In this document: piece by piece, positions 1 through 13,532 of the stretch
Layout of the letters: each line of letters opens with the position of its first letter
How positions within the stretch are numbered: the stretch's first letter is position 1
Source of the DNA: Azolla caroliniana
Lineage: Eukaryota > Plantae > Polypodiophyta
Length of the DNA stretch: 64,000 nucleotides
Direction: 5' to 3'
Assembly (NCBI GenBank): GCA_043228905.1
Contig: JBHGNT010000010.1
Span: 15,500,001 to 15,564,000 of the forward strand
The notes under the pieces: generated by a model
What the model saw: only the letters and a program-made list of their open reading frames with translations
The model's database searches: none
What the model was told of the DNA's origin: nothing
Translations under genes and position numbers: made by a program

Positions 1-1187
1 CGTCCTTCTCTTCCACCGGGCACCCCTTTATCGGGATGTCGTCTAGAAATGGCACGGTGATGTCCGGGATGCAATCCCTCAGTACCTTGTTCATTGCATT
101 CACCATGTGGGCCACCGAGTTGGTCCCTCCTTGTGGCAGGGTACACATTCGCACTAGGCCGAGGGGAGTTCGCATTGTCGTAATGTTTCTGCTCTCCACG
201 GCTAGCTGGAACTGGTCGTACCCCGAGTACAGATCACCGACCGAGTAAATCGACCTTCCGGAGAAGGCCTCCGCGAACTCTTCTATGGTCAGTCCGATTC
301 CTGCGTTCCGAATGGTCACTCTGTTAACCGGCTGCAGGTCTTGAATGAAGCGCAATGTTCCGTTTCTTTTTGGTACGGTAAACCATCGGTTCGAGTATGG
401 GGCACTTGACGGTTCGAGAATGCCCATATCGACTTTCTGCCTCAATAGCTCCATCAACTTCGGGATGTGAGCTCTCGGTACCGGAATCGGCTTGAGATTC
501 CACGGTACATGCGGTACCGTGAATATTACCATCGGCTCCACGATTGTCGGGTCTACGCACCCGATCTCTTCTGGTGAGAACGCGAAGGCTTTCCCTTGCC
601 TTCCGAGCATCCTCCGAAACCGGTCTTCCTCCGCCGGCAGTAGGAACCTGCCCCCCACCTATTTTGAGCTCCCGGAGCGTCCCGTCGGTGAAGGTGTGTC
701 CTATGCGGTCCGGATCTCGTAAACTGGGGTCCGACACAACCCCTCTGATTCGGGATTCGTTGCCCTCCGGTAAGGGTGCCGCGACTGGCCTTACCTTCCG
801 ATCCACAGTCTTGTACTTCGTGCTAACTCGGGCCGTCCGATCCGACTCAAGCCCCTGACTGAAGTTCGTGATGACTTCATACATCTCTTCGGAACATACC
901 GGTATCGTCCAGTCTTCGTTAAGGTCTTCTCCGGCTACCTTCCTCAGCATCCCCAAGGTGTCGTCGAAGGAGACCGCCTCCACGGCTCCGCTGATTTCCT
1001 CGTCCGGGCCGAGAATTCCGCACGCTCGAAGTCGCATTTCCGCCCTTGCCTTCTCTCGGCCAACGATGCCGACTATCATACACCCTCCGTTGTTGGAGAA
1101 GCAAAATTTTTTACCTATCGTACAGCTGTGGGGTCTTTCCCGAGTGTCCGGATTGTCTCGGCCCCACGCCTTGGCAGCCCTCTCTAA
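1..1187 (-). pseudogene. G1 pol (RT N-terminal part), frameshifted near 650
   Basis: ORF 324..1079 KYKTVDRKVRPVAAPLP matches the G2/G3 pol start; the RT continues in another frame (NRWFTVPKKNG, DLYSGYDQF, PFLDDIPIKG). Confidence 0.88.
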
Positions 1188-3309
1188 AAATCCTCCCGGT
1201 TCTCGCCACCGAGGGATTCGCGGTTTCGCTCGTGGTTCGGTCGCACCGTCAGAAATTGGACCGAATGGCGCCCGTCCTGGCTTTTGACCCTCGCGTAGGC
1301 CGAACCGTTGTCTAGCACCTTGGTCTCCATCCGCGCCGCCGTGATGTATGGTTCCCCTAATATGACCGGGTGCGAGGACGTCTCCTGTACGAAGAAGTGC
1401 TGGTCAATCTCGACGTCGCCGATCTTGACTCGCACGTTCGGGCAGGCCCCGTGCAACTCCTCGGTGGCGCGCGTCGCCGCCCTTATCTTCCACCCGTGCT
1501 TGGTGTTGATCGGCCACTTTCCCTTCTTATAGAAGTCTATGGACATCAGGTTTATTTCCGAACCGTGGTCCACCAGCGCCACCACCGGTTCCTGAACATC
1601 TCTGATCTTTACCGGGGTCTCCGTGGTCGCTCGGGCCCAGTGTGGCCTCGAATAGTGGCTCTCCGCCCACTCATGTTCCAGCGCCAAGTCGTCGATGTGC
1701 GTCGTCCGCACCTCCACCGGTCTTTCCGGTTCCGTCTCCGTCGACAGCCTCTTCCGCTTCACCAAGTCCACGATGGAGTCGTGGAACTCCTTCTTAGCGA
1801 TCCATAGCACCCCCCGCAATGACAGCTCCACTTTGCTGTCGAGGATCCGTTCCTCTAGGACCTTTCGTAGGTCCGTGGTCCTTTCTATTTCCGTCCCCAG
1901 TCAGTATCCGCCCTTCCTGGGGTTATCTTGCGCGCTGGACCCACCAGCTTCGTTCCGTCGTTGCCCGAATCGGGTCTCGTATCGTTGTGAGGGCCCGGCC
2001 ACTCCGGTTTTCCCCACTCGTTTGTCTTCTACCAGAGCCTCGTAGTTCCGACAGGCGGCTTCTATGAAGCCCGTCTTCTCCCCGACGGGGTCGCTCCACC
2101 CGGTTATTTCCCGGACCCGTCTCTCAGTGCGGTCCGCTTCATCTTTCCTCAGCCGTGCGCCGGCGAGGCCTTCCAGCATTGCCGACCAGAATCCGTCTTT
2201 GCTCTCCTTTCGGGCCTCGCTGCCCCCGACCCGAATACCGGCCGTCACCGAGTAGTGGATGGCCTCCACGTGTCGGGCCGCTGCCTCTTCCATCAGTCTC
2301 TTCATACCTCCTCGCCTGTCGTTCCGGTTTAGGGCCCTTCTAGAATCGTCGACGTGCACCCGGCCTTCCCATAGGTACACCACCCGGTTCCTCAACGCCT
2401 CTGCGAAATCGCCGCAGTCCTTCCGAATGTGGTCGACCTCGTCGCACCACATGCACTTGTTCCCTGCTGCCGGCCGTCGGTCACGAGCCGGTTCGCCGCC
2501 TTCCCTTCGAGTCTGAGGGATCTGGAGATCTTTTATCGCCCGCGTCAACTCCTCCAGCGCTGCTCCTCCGGACGAGTCATTGACCATGCCGGTCGGAGCC
2601 GAACCGGTTTCGAGCCACTCCCGGGTCTCTGCCCTTCGCCCTTGCGGTGCCGGTTCAAGCCCCTTGCTGTGACAGAGCCCGCTCCGGCCGCCCCGTTGTC
2701 AGCCCATTCTCGCCGTTTGTCGAAACGGCCACAGACTCTCTTAACCGCAGCCCAGTCGGTCGTCAGCCCGTCTTCGGTTTCAAGCAAGGAGCCGACTTGA
2801 TCCCGGTCCCGCTCGTCCACCGACTTGACGAACAGTAGGACCCGGCTCGTATCCAGAACGGTTCGGTCAAGCGCCGAAAGTCGCGCAAAGCGTTCCTCAA
2901 ACTCCCGGAGGAGTGCCGACGCGTTTCTTCCCTTGCCGGGGGACTCCACCCATTCCATGAAGTCCCGTTTCGAAAGCCGGAGCGCGTCGTCCAACCCGTA
3001 TTTTTCTAGGAGTCAGCCTTCGAACTCCTCCTAGGTACGGCTCTCCGCCCATACCTCGAGCACCTCCGCATGGATGCTCGGCATCGCCACTCGAGGGAAC
3101 CCGGCAAGATGCCTCTCTTCTGGAATGTCCCGCATCAGCATTTCTGCCCCGTAGGACGCCAAATACTTCGTGGCATCCTTTCCGCTGAACCGGCCGATCG
3201 TACCGACGACCACCTCAATGGCTCTGTCGAGGGCGCCGGTGCCCTCGCGTGCGCTCAATATCCGATCCACGGCCGAAGCCATTGGCTCCGCAAGATCCGA
3301 CCCCTTCAT
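1184..3309 (-). pseudogene. G1 gag-protease ORF with stops and frameshifts
   Basis: Fragments 3031..3336, 2545..2994, 1901..2587 and 1184..1831 are collinear with G2 gag; CCHC knuckle and aspartic protease motif D-H-G-S-E. Confidence 0.9.
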
Positions 3310-3331
3310 CTTCTGCTCTTCTGCCGCCTCC

Positions 3332-3349
3332 TTCACGTCGGTTCCACCA
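3332..3349 (-). promoter_or_regulatory. G1 primer-binding site, tRNA-Trp type (2 mismatches)
   Basis: Minus strand reads TGGTGGAACCGACGTGAA versus TGGTGAACCCGACGTGAA in G2-G5; 4 nt from the LTR end. Confidence 0.8.
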
Positions 3350-3596
3350 AATATGTCGCGTTGCTACGCGCGTGCGTGGAGAAGGGCGGAACCACGGGGG
3401 TCTTGGACTAAGGAGTAGAGGAGAAGGAATCGGACATGGAATGGAAGCTTTGCTCAAGAAGAAGAAGAATGAACAAGAGATTAGATCGAACAAGATTATC
3501 AACAAGATATATTAAAACGAAAGGAACGATTACAAAACGGTGTCCTGGTATTCCTCGCGGATGCGTGGAATGAGGCGAGGCCTCGGGGGTCTTGTA

Positions 3597-3997
3597 CCGA
3601 AGAGCAAGAGACAAAGGAGAAGGGAAGGGACCCACTACGTGTGGGTGTAGATTCACAGGGGCACAACCCTTCGACACAAAGACGCGAGTGCAACACCGAC
3701 GCAGAGAGACACGAATGTATGTATATATATATATTAACAAGGACAAACAACAAGAAGCACGAAGTCGGTTACAACCGAACAGGCCGGCGAACAGATGCCG
3801 AAGAGCAAGAGACAAAGGAGAAGGGAAGGGACCCACTACGTGTGGGCGTAGATTCACAGGGGCACAACCCTTCGACACAAAGACGCGAGTGCAACACCGA
3901 CGCAGAGAGACACGAATGTATGTATATGTATATTAACAAGGACAAACAACAAGAAGCACGAAGTCGGTTACAACCGAACAGGCCGGCGAACAGATGT
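3597..3997. repeat. ~201-bp tandem duplication inside the G1 LTR
   Basis: CCGAAGAGCAAGAGACAAAGGAG... starts at 3597 and again at 3798; copies are near-identical. Confidence 0.93.
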
Positions 3998-4386
3998 CGA
4001 TGCCTGTTCGTAAACGCTCAGGAAGAAAGGAGTAGGTTGGAGGTGCTGCCGGAAGCACTCGGGCATTCCTCAGAGCAGCGCGAGCCTTCCGAAACCCTGC
4101 ACCGAAAGAAGCTACGGAGTATGGAAGAGAGAGAAGCCTTCGGCCGACAACCCGACAGCACTTCGTCCTCTCTAACCGTGATCCCCTTCCTCTTCCCCGT
4201 CTCCCTCCTTTTATAGGCAAGAAAGGAGCCGTTTCCCATTAACTTCCTACCTACCGAATCTACCTACCTAGGATCTTCTATGTACCTAATTCTCTCTTAT
4301 GTACAACATAAGACGTACGTGCATGAAGAGCCGGTTCCTACGCTCCGGTGCACCGATTCCGCTTGTGGACGGTTTTCTTCACGACA

Positions 4387-6152
4387 ACGTGAGCTTTATA
4401 CTGTTTGCCAGCGGCACAAAGGTCGAGGGAGAGGTCACAATGGACATCTTGTAAGGTGTGGGCACGCCTCTTAGCTGACGGATTGACGGAAATCTTTGGA
4501 ATGGAAATGCTAAAACAAGGGTGGAAACCGTAGTTTGCAAAGAATGGGGAAACCTTAGTTGAGGCATGGATACTACTATTGTAGGCAAATTCCGCCATGG
4601 CAAGGAAGTCCACCCAATTGTCTTGTTGGTAGCTGACTATACACCGGAGGTATTGTTCGAGGATTTGCTTGACTTTTTCAGTTTGGCCATTAGTTTGAAG
4701 GTGGTGCGCGGTTGACAAGTTCACAGAAGTCCCGAATGTTTGTGAAGTCGACGCCAGAAGTGGGAGATAAATTGAGGATCTCGATCAGAAGTGACATCCT
4801 CAAGGAAGCCATATAATCAGACGTCATTTTTCAGAAAAAGGTCAGTCGTCTCCTCCCCCGAAATGGTTTTCGAACATGGGACAAAGTGAGCCATCTTCGA
4901 AAACCGATCGATGACCACTAGCACCGTGTCATTGTCATCGACCCGGGGAAGGTCGGTGATAAAGTCCATGGAGAGAGATGCCCAAGGTCGACTAGGAATT
5001 GGAAGTGGGTGTAGAAGGCTATATGGACGATGGTGAGCCGCTTTGGAGCGAGCACAAACGTCACAAGTTTTGATAAAATCTTTGACCAATTTCCAAGGTT
5101 GGGGCCACCAAAACCCCCGAGATAGCAATGCAAGTGTTTTCACGACCCCAAAGTGTCTGACAAGAGGATCATCGTGGCAAGTTTTTAGTACTCGGATGCG
5201 ACATGTGCCATCTGGTACATAAAGGAGGTGGTTACGATAGAGTCACCCATCATGAGTTGTAAAGTGACTCAGATCTGAGCTTTGCATTTCCTAGGATGGG
5301 TTGTTGAGGCGTGCCATGATGTCAACAACGAAAGGGTCTGACATGGTTGCTTGGGCGATCTCGTTGAGCAAAGAATCATCATGCAACATATAGGTTGCGA
5401 ACATGTGGAGTGATCAGGCCGCAATAAACAATGCGATTGTTGAGAATATGTGTCTTTGCCTCGGTGTAGTGGAAAGTCGGGTCGCCAAGAGAGAGCATCC
5501 ACTTTCCCATGTTGAACGCCGGGTTGAAACAAGATTTCGAAGTCGTCGTTGGCGAGAAAAGATGACCAGCGAGCCCGCCTCCGATTCAACGTACGAGTGG
5601 TGGTGAAGTAGATGAGATTCTTGTGGTCGGTCAACACCTAAATACGATGTTGGGCCGTAGCCAGATAGGGGCACCATTCGACGAAGGCCAAGATGATAGC
5701 TGCAAGCTCCTTGTCGTAGACCGGATAATTGATTTCTGGGGTTGTAAACTTCCGAGAATAGAAGGAGACCAGATGCAGGGTGCCATCGTCGTCGGGCTGA
5801 GACAAGACCACACCTATGGCAAAGTCGGAGGTGTCGGTTTCAACCTGGAAAGGGCGGGTGGGGTCGGGGTGGACTAACACGGGGGCGGAGAGAAAAGCTG
5901 CTTTGAGGGCATTAAAAGCATTGTGTGCCGCGGGGGTCTAAAGAAATGGAGTATCTTTCGGGGTAAGCTAGATGAGAGGTTGGACTAGGGAAGAGAACCC
6001 GTCTATAAATCATCTATAAAAATTTGCAAAACCAAGAAACGATTGTACCTCTTTCAGCCGAGTCGAGAGAGGCCAATTAGTGATTGCCGCTACCTTGCGT
6101 TCATCCATTGTGATCCCGATAGGTGAGATCATGTACCCCAAGAATTTGACAT
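4387..6152 (-). pseudogene. Decayed Tf2/chromovirus-like gypsy pol (RT end, RNase H, integrase)
   Basis: VETDTSDFAIG, YDKELAAI, TDHKNL, CDVCARSK, SMDFITDLP, VVIDRFSKMAHF, QTNGQTE; many stops. Host of the G1 insertion. Confidence 0.88.
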
Positions 6153-6582
6153 AGTGATCAACCTATGTTTTCTAGAACCTATGTTCCACCATGAAGGACT
6201 CAAACTTCTTGTACCATTGGCGTGGAGCTTGTTTCAACCCATACAAGCTTTTCTTCAGTCGACACACCAGGTTCTCTTTCCCTTTCTCCTCAAGACCTTC
6301 ATCCAGCTCCCCATGCAAGAATGTTGTTTTGACATCGAACTGTTTGATCTCAAGATCCATATTGGCAGCTATGCTCAGAACAATTCTAATGGATGCCATC
6401 TTCACGACTGGAGCGAATATTTCGTCGAAGTCGACACCCTTTTTCTGTTAGAACCCCTTCACCACAATGCGGGCTTTATACCTAGGCGCATTGTCGACTT
6501 CTCCAATCTTCACCTTGTAAACCCATTTGTTCCTTAGTGCTCTCTTACCTTTCGGTAGCTCTACTAGGTCGTAGGTATAATT

Positions 6583-7119
6583 TGTTACCTCGTACGAGAT
6601 CTACGGAGAGTCAAGTGTGATGAGCGAGGGTCGAATGTTGTCATGATGTTGTTGTGTATGTGTAGGGGGCATAAATGTAATTGTGAGTCTATACGTATGT
6701 GAACACATGCACATGTGTGTGCATGTGGATGGATACGAGGAGGTGTGAGTGAGTGTCCAGTATGAATGCTCGAGGGGGCTTACACCCCTATGTATCTACC
6801 CCCTCTTGTACTATTTAACCCCTTATGGGGAATGAATGAAACATGAATAATCATTCTCTCTCTCTCTCTCTCTCTTTGTCATCTCTCTTCCTCTCTCTCC
6901 CCTTAACGTTGAACCCCCTTGGGAGGGGGGTGGAGCCATTCTAGGCACCACCCCCCACCCCTGAATGGTTGTCTTGTTCTTCACGTTCTCTCTCACCATC
7001 ATACCATTCATCATTTCCACTATTACACCATGTCTATCTTCATTATCAATCTACCATCATTGCTAGCCCTATTCCTATCTTTATGATTATCATTAAACCT
7101 AACCCTAAAACGTACAACA
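6583..7119. mobile_element. Solo LTR inserted in C1
   Basis: TGTT...AACA ends with a perfect 5-bp TSD TAATT (6578..6582 and 7120..7124); removing it restores copia SLHENYTYDLVELPKG. Confidence 0.88.
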
Positions 7120-9481
7120 TAATTCTCATGCAAAGAAACCATCTCATCTTGCATTGCACTCAGCCATTTCCCTCTGTTCTTGTCAGCGATGGATTCATCA
7201 TAACACTCTGGCTCACCTTCATTAGTCACGAGGATGTATTGACTGGCATATGTTGTTGGTGCTCTCCTTTCTCTGAGTTGGTATCTCCTTCCACTCATTG
7301 TCGGCTTGAGTTCGGATGTTTCTGCTGACTCTACTCTTTGGCTCAGGTTCATGTATGTCGATCAGCTTCTCAGGTTGGACGACTCTACCTTGTATTTCTC
7401 GATTGATCTTAACAGCTCTGCCGACTCAGACTCATAGTCGGCCAGTCTCTTTAAGCCAACCGACTCGCATTCGACTGTGCCGACTAGCTGTCTCCCTAGG
7501 CAAACACTTCCAATTCCTGCTATCTTGCACTCCCCACTGTCACCCATCTTTACATAACCATGATCACTGACTATGTAAGTCGAGAAATACTCTCTCGACG
7601 GAATTATGTGGAAGGATGCACCAGAGTCGATCACCCAAGTGCATTCTTCGCTTGGAAGATTTGCACTTGTCTGTTCACAAATGAACAAAAGTTCTTCATT
7701 GCTCGTAGAAATGGCTGAAGTGTACATTTCTTCAGGAATCTTCTTGGGTTCGACATTATTATCGACACTCTTTTCCCTTTTAAGGTGTCGGCAATCCTTC
7801 TGAAAATGTCTAGGCTTTCCACAATAAAAGCACATGAGCTTTCCTCTAGACTTCGACCTGGCTTGAGACTTTTCTCTCCTTGGTGGACTTCTTTGCCGGT
7901 TCCTTCCTCTGCCGATGTGTTTAGTCAAATTTGACTCCGATTGGACTAGGACACCCTTGTCCTTCTCGCTTCCTCATTTAGGATGTTTTTCTTCACCGCT
8001 TGTAAAGACAAGTTCTCTTCTTGACAGGAGGTGCTGAGAGTAACCACCAGGTTCTCCCAGCTATCCGGGAGTGTGCACATCAGTAGGATGGCTTGCATAA
8101 CATCATCAAGGGAAACTTGGTTGCAACAAGTTGATTTACATACCCCATGAATGTGTTGATGTGTTCAATGATACTCTCACTGTCTCTGTATTTCCACCGT
8201 GCGATCTTTCTCATCAGTGAGGTTTTATTGAGGGCGTTCTTCCTCCCATATAGACCTGACAACTTCTGCCACATCTCGTAGGCATTTGTGTCGTTCGCCA
8301 CATGCTGAAGGACACTTACATCGATGCACTATCGGATGGTGGCCACCACCTTTCTGTTAAGAAGTTTCCATTCCGACTCTAATACCCACGTGGGTATTTC
8401 TGCTCTGTCGATTGGCTCATATAGGTCTTTGACTATGAGAAGGTCCTCCATCTTTATCTTCTAGTCTGCATAGTTATGAGAGTTTAGAACTATCATTCCT
8501 GGGAAGCCACTCACACATCCTTCCATGCTTACACCTCAAGATCTGATACCACTTTGTTGAGAAAGGAATCGTCAATCCACTAGAAAAGGAATATGGTAAA
8601 ATACACAACTTTGATGCACAGGAAACAGTGTACACAAATTTAACGTGGAAACCCTAAAGCGGGTGAAAACCACGGAGAACAGAGCTTCTCTATACAGTGG
8701 ATATACAACAACAAGATTAGAGTACAACACTCTCTACACAACGTTGTCGTGAAGAAAACCGTCCCCAGGCGCAAACCGTGTATAGTGTATGTGAACCGGC
8801 CCTTACACGTGGGCACGCCCCTTGTTGTATAGTAGATAGGTAGGCACACAGGTTAAATCCTAGGTAGCAATATTCTATAGGGGAAATCGAGGAGTATCTC
8901 TGTCCGAAAGGAGTCAGGACAGAGAATTAATGTGATGTAAACGGGTGAACGGCCTCCCTCCTTGAGCTATAAAGGAGAGGGAGACGGGGGGAGAGAGGTA
9001 TCGCGCGCTAGAGGGGACGAAGTGCTGTCGGACTGGGACCGAGCTCTTCTCCTCTGTCGTTCTCCATAAGCTTTCTTTGCGCAGGTTCTCGAGAGGCTGA
9101 TTCTGCTCCGTGGAACGCCCATGTGCTTCCGGCAGAATCTCCATCTTGCTCCCCTGTGTGCGTGGGTGATCAGGCGTCGACACCCGTCTCGCCGACCTGA
9201 TCGGCTGTAACCGTTCGAGTCATCTGCATACATATATTTATATATGCGTTCTTATACTCTATCTCCTGCCCAACTTGTGTCTCTTGTGTTGATTGGGCTG
9301 CGTTCCCGCGTGCTTCTTTGTCTATCCGTGTGTGAGCGTGTCTCTCTCTCTCTCTCCTTTCGCTTCCTCACCTATTCCTCGGTCCAAGACCCCAGTGGTC
9401 CCGCCTCGTTATCCACGCACGCGCGTAGCAACGCGACATATTTGGTGAACCCGACGTGAACAGGCGGCAGAGGAGTAGAAG

Positions 9482-11593
9482 ATGAGGGGGTCAGACCTTG
9501 CAGAAGTCATGGCTTCGGCTGTAGACCGTATAGTGAGTGCGCGCGAAGGCACCGACGCCCTTGATAGGGCTATCGAGGCGGTTGTCGGTACGATTGGCCG
9601 GTTTAGTGGGAAGGATGCCACGAGCTACTTGGCGTCCTACCGGGATGAGATGGTAATGAGGGACATTCCGGAAGAGAGGCGTCTAGCTGGATTCCCTCGA
9701 GTGGCGATGCCGGGTATCCATACGGAGGTGCTCGAGGTATGGGCCGAGAGCCGGACCTGGGAGGAGTTCGAAGGTCGGCTCCTCGAAAGATACGGGCTTG
9801 AAGATGCTCTTCAACTTTCGAAGCGAGACTTCATGGAGTGGGTGGAGACCCCCGACAAAGGAAGGAACGCAACAGTGCTCCTTCGGGAGTTTGAGGAACG
9901 CTTCGCGCGCCTCTTGGTGCTTGACTGGACCGTTCTGGACACAAGCCGTGTCCTATTGTTTGTTAAGTCGGTTGACGAGTGGGATAGGGAGCAAGTAGGC
10001 CTCCTATTGGAGACTGATGACGGGCTGACGGTCGACTGGGCCGTGGTGAAAAGGGTCTGTGGCCGTTTCGACAAACGGCGGGAATGGGTTGACAAAGGAT
10101 CGACAGGGGCGGGCTCTGTCGTAGCAAAGAAGCTCGAGTCAAAACCACCAACGCGAAGGGAAGAGACCCGAGATTGGCTCAAGACCGGGTCGGCTTCAAC
10201 CGGCATGGTCAAGGGCTCGTCCGGGGGAGCAACTCTGGAGGAGCTGACGCGGATGGTAAAGGATCTCCAGATCGCCCAGGCACGGAGGGATGGTGGCGAA
10301 TAGGCCCGTGACCGACGACCTCTGGCTGAAAAGAGGTGCATGTGGTGTGACACTGTTGGGCACATCCGGAAGGACTGCGGGGACTTCGCCGAGGTGATGA
10401 GAAGCAACGTGGTGTACCTGTGGAACGGTCGGGTGCACGCCAGCGAGACCCGAAGGGCCCTGAACCTGAACGTTGGGCAAGGGGGTATGAAAAGGCTGAT
10501 GGAGGAGACGGCGGCTTGTCACGCGGAGACCGTCCACTACTCGGCGTCAGCTGGTATTCGAGTCGGAGGTGGCGAGGCCTCGAAAACGAACAAAGCCGGG
10601 TTCTGGCCGACGATGCTAGAAGGCCTCGCCGAGGCACGGCTAAGGGAAGAAGAGGTGGACCGCGCGGAAAAACGGGTCCGGGAGGTAACCGGGTGGAAGA
10701 AAAGATGGGCTTCGTCGAAGCCGCTTGTCAAAACTACGAGGCTCTGGTGGAGGACAAGAGGGTAGGGAAAACCGGAGGGGCCGGGCCCTCGCAGCGATAT
10801 GAAACTCGATTCGGGCAAAGACGGAATGAGGCCGGTGTAACCGGCACCCAGGATAATCCCAAGAAGGGCGGGTACCGGCTAGGCACAGAAATCGAAAGAT
10901 CCACGGACCTGCGAAAGGTCCTGGAAGAACGAATCCTCGACAGCAAGGTGGAACTGTCGCTGAGGGAAGTGCTCGGGATCGCCAAGAAGGAGTTCCACGA
11001 CTCCATCGTAGACTTGGTGAAGAGGAAGAGGCTGTCGACGGAGACAGAACCGGAGAAGCCAGTGGAGGTGCGGACGACGCACATAGAGGACATGGCGCTG
11101 GAAGACGAGTTGGTGGAGAGCCACTATAGGGCCGCATTGGGCTAGAGCGACCACGGAGATCCCCGTGAAGATCGAAGATGTTCATGAACTGGTGGTGGCG
11201 TTGGTGGACCACGGTTCATAAATCAATTTGATGTCCATGGACTTCTATAAGAAGGGGAAATGACCGATCAACACCAAGCACGGGTGGAAGATAAGGGCAG
11301 CGACGTGTGCCACCGAAGAACTGCATGGAGCCTGCCCGAATGTACGAGTAAAGATCGGCGATGTCGAGATTGACCAGCACTTCTTCGTGCAGGAGACGTC
11401 CTCACATCCGGTTATACTAGGAGAACCGTACATCATGGTAGCACGGATGGAGACCAAGGTGCTGGACAACGGCTCGGCCTATGCAAGGGTCAAGAGCCAG
11501 GATGGGCATCACTCGGTCCAGTTCCTGACGGTGAGACCGAACCATGAGAGGAACCGCGAGACCCTCAGGGGCGAAAGCCGGGAGGATTTTTTA
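9482..11593 (+). pseudogene. G2 gag-protease (several stops)
   Basis: ORFs 9482..10303, 10340..10765, 10420..11145 and 11387..11659; CMWCDTVGHIRKDC; protease LVDHGS. Confidence 0.9.
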
Positions 11594-13461
11594 AGAGGGC
11601 TATCAAGGTGTGGGGCCGCGATAGTCCGGACACTCCGGGAAAACCCCACAAGTGTATGATAGCGAGGAAGACCTGTGCTATAAGTAGGGAATTTTGGTTC
11701 TCTGACAACGGAGGGTGTACGATAGTCGACGTTGTTGGCCGGAAGAAGAGAAGGGCGGAGGAGCGACTTCGGGCATGTGGCGTCCTCGACCTCGGAGAGG
11801 AAATCAACGGAGCCGTGGAGGCGGTCTCTTTTGACGATACCTTGGGGGAGCTGCGGGAGGTAGTCGGAGGAGTCCTTAAAGAGGACCAGACGATTCCGGT
11901 ATGTTCGGAAAAGATGTACGAAGTCATCGCGGACTTCAGTAGAGGGCTCAAGTCGGATCGGACGGCCCGGGTGGACATGAGGTACAAGTCTGTGGACCGG
12001 AAGGTGAGGCCAATTGTGGCTCCCTTGCCGGAGGGCAGCGGGTTGCGAATAAAGGGGGTTTCGTCGGACCCGAGTTTACGAAATCCGGCCCGCATAGGAC
12101 ACAAGTTCACCGACATAACGCTGCGCGAGCTCAAAATCGGTGGGGGCAGCTTCTTACTGCTGGCAGAAGAGGACCGTTTTCGGGAATTGCTCGGAAGGCA
12201 CGGGAAGGCTTTCGCATTCTCACCGGAGGAGATCAGGTGCGTAGACCCGACAGTCATGGAACCGATGGTGATATTCACGGTACCGCATGTGCCGTGGAGT
12301 CTCAAACCGATTCTAGTACCCAGAGCTCACATCCCGAAGCTGATGGAGCTGTTAAACCAGAAGGTCGAGATGGGAATCCTCGAACCGTCGAGTGCCCCAT
12401 ACTTCAATCGGTGGTTTACCGTGCCGAAGAAGGACGGCACGATGCGCTTTATTCAAGACTTGCAGCCGGTCAACAAGGTGACCATTCGAAATGCAGGAAT
12501 CGGACCGACAATAGACGAGTTCACGGAGGCCTTCGCCGGAAGGTCGATTTACTCGGTCGGTGATCTCTACTTGGGGTACGATCAGTTTCAGCTAGCCATA
12601 GAGAGCAGAGACATCACGACAATGCGAACTCCTCTCGGCCTAGTACGGATGTGTACCCTACCACAAGGAGGGACAAACTCGGTGGCTCACATGGTGAACG
12701 CAATGAACAAGGTGTTGAGGGATTGTATCCTGGACATCACCATGCCGTTTCTGGACGACGTCCCAATCAAGGGATGCCCGGTGGAGGAAAGGGACGAGAC
12801 GATCGGACCGGACAGGTGCCGGAAATTCGTGGCAACGCACATCGAAGACTGTGAGAAGGTGCTGTAGAGGTTAGAGGGCGCGAGGCTCACCTTCTCCGGG
12901 GGAAAATCGGCCTTCGGGCAATCAGAGATCATGGTCTTCAGACACCTATGCGAGTCGTACGGTCGGAAACCGTCTCCGGCTAAGGTAGAAGCCATCTCCG
13001 CTGTCGTGAAGATCCGTCACTACGCGCGGATCGTGAGGCGGAACCGCCGGGGTTCTGGACCGGAAGGATTCAAAATCGGTACAAGCTTTGGCGTAAGCTT
13101 TAGCGAGAAAGTACTTAAGATAGATTGGGAAAGAGAGAAGTTGAGATTAAACGATTGAGAGAGATTGATTGAACTTTTAACTTTAGATTTAAGAAACAAG
13201 TTACACGATCAATTTGATGACAAATTTCTTCTTCTTAATTTCATAACAAAAAAAAAACGTGTTTTTTCTCCTCCCCCTTCCTTCTTTTATAGATGCTCTC
13301 ATGCATATGATGCATGTGAGGGTACAAGACATGCATAAATTGCATGTTTGCCATTTGGTGCTTATGTATTACATGTGGTGCATGATAACCATGTCACTCA
13401 TTTTAGCTCTCATGTATGAGAATTTACATGTAAAAGTACAATGATAAAATAATTTCAACTA

Positions 13462-13532
13462 AATAGCATGGCTTAATGGTAAGCCAATTGATTCCTAACT
13501 TGGAGGTGCAAGGTTCAAATCCTTCCTTGCCC
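13462..13532 (+). promoter_or_regulatory. tRNA-derived Pol III A/B-box module in G3 left LTR, antisense to the element
   Basis: A box TGGCTTAATGG 13469..13479; B box GGTTCAAATCC 13512..13522; D-stem GCTT/AAGC and T-stem AAGG/CCTT. Confidence 0.72.

Larger units (their letters stand above)
1..4386 (-). mobile_element. Ty3/gypsy LTR retrotransposon G1 (tRNA-Trp primed); runs off the left edge of the window
   Basis: 5' LTR 3354..4386 with TG...CA ends, a PBS next to it, then gag (CMWCDEVDHIRKDC knuckle), protease (LVDHGSEINLM) and the start of RT on the minus strand; flanked by ACGT at 4387..4390. Confidence 0.93.

Noticed and set aside
13462-13532. Functional tRNA gene
   Set aside because: Acceptor and anticodon stems do not pair and the sequence is part of an LTR; kept only as a Pol III-like module.
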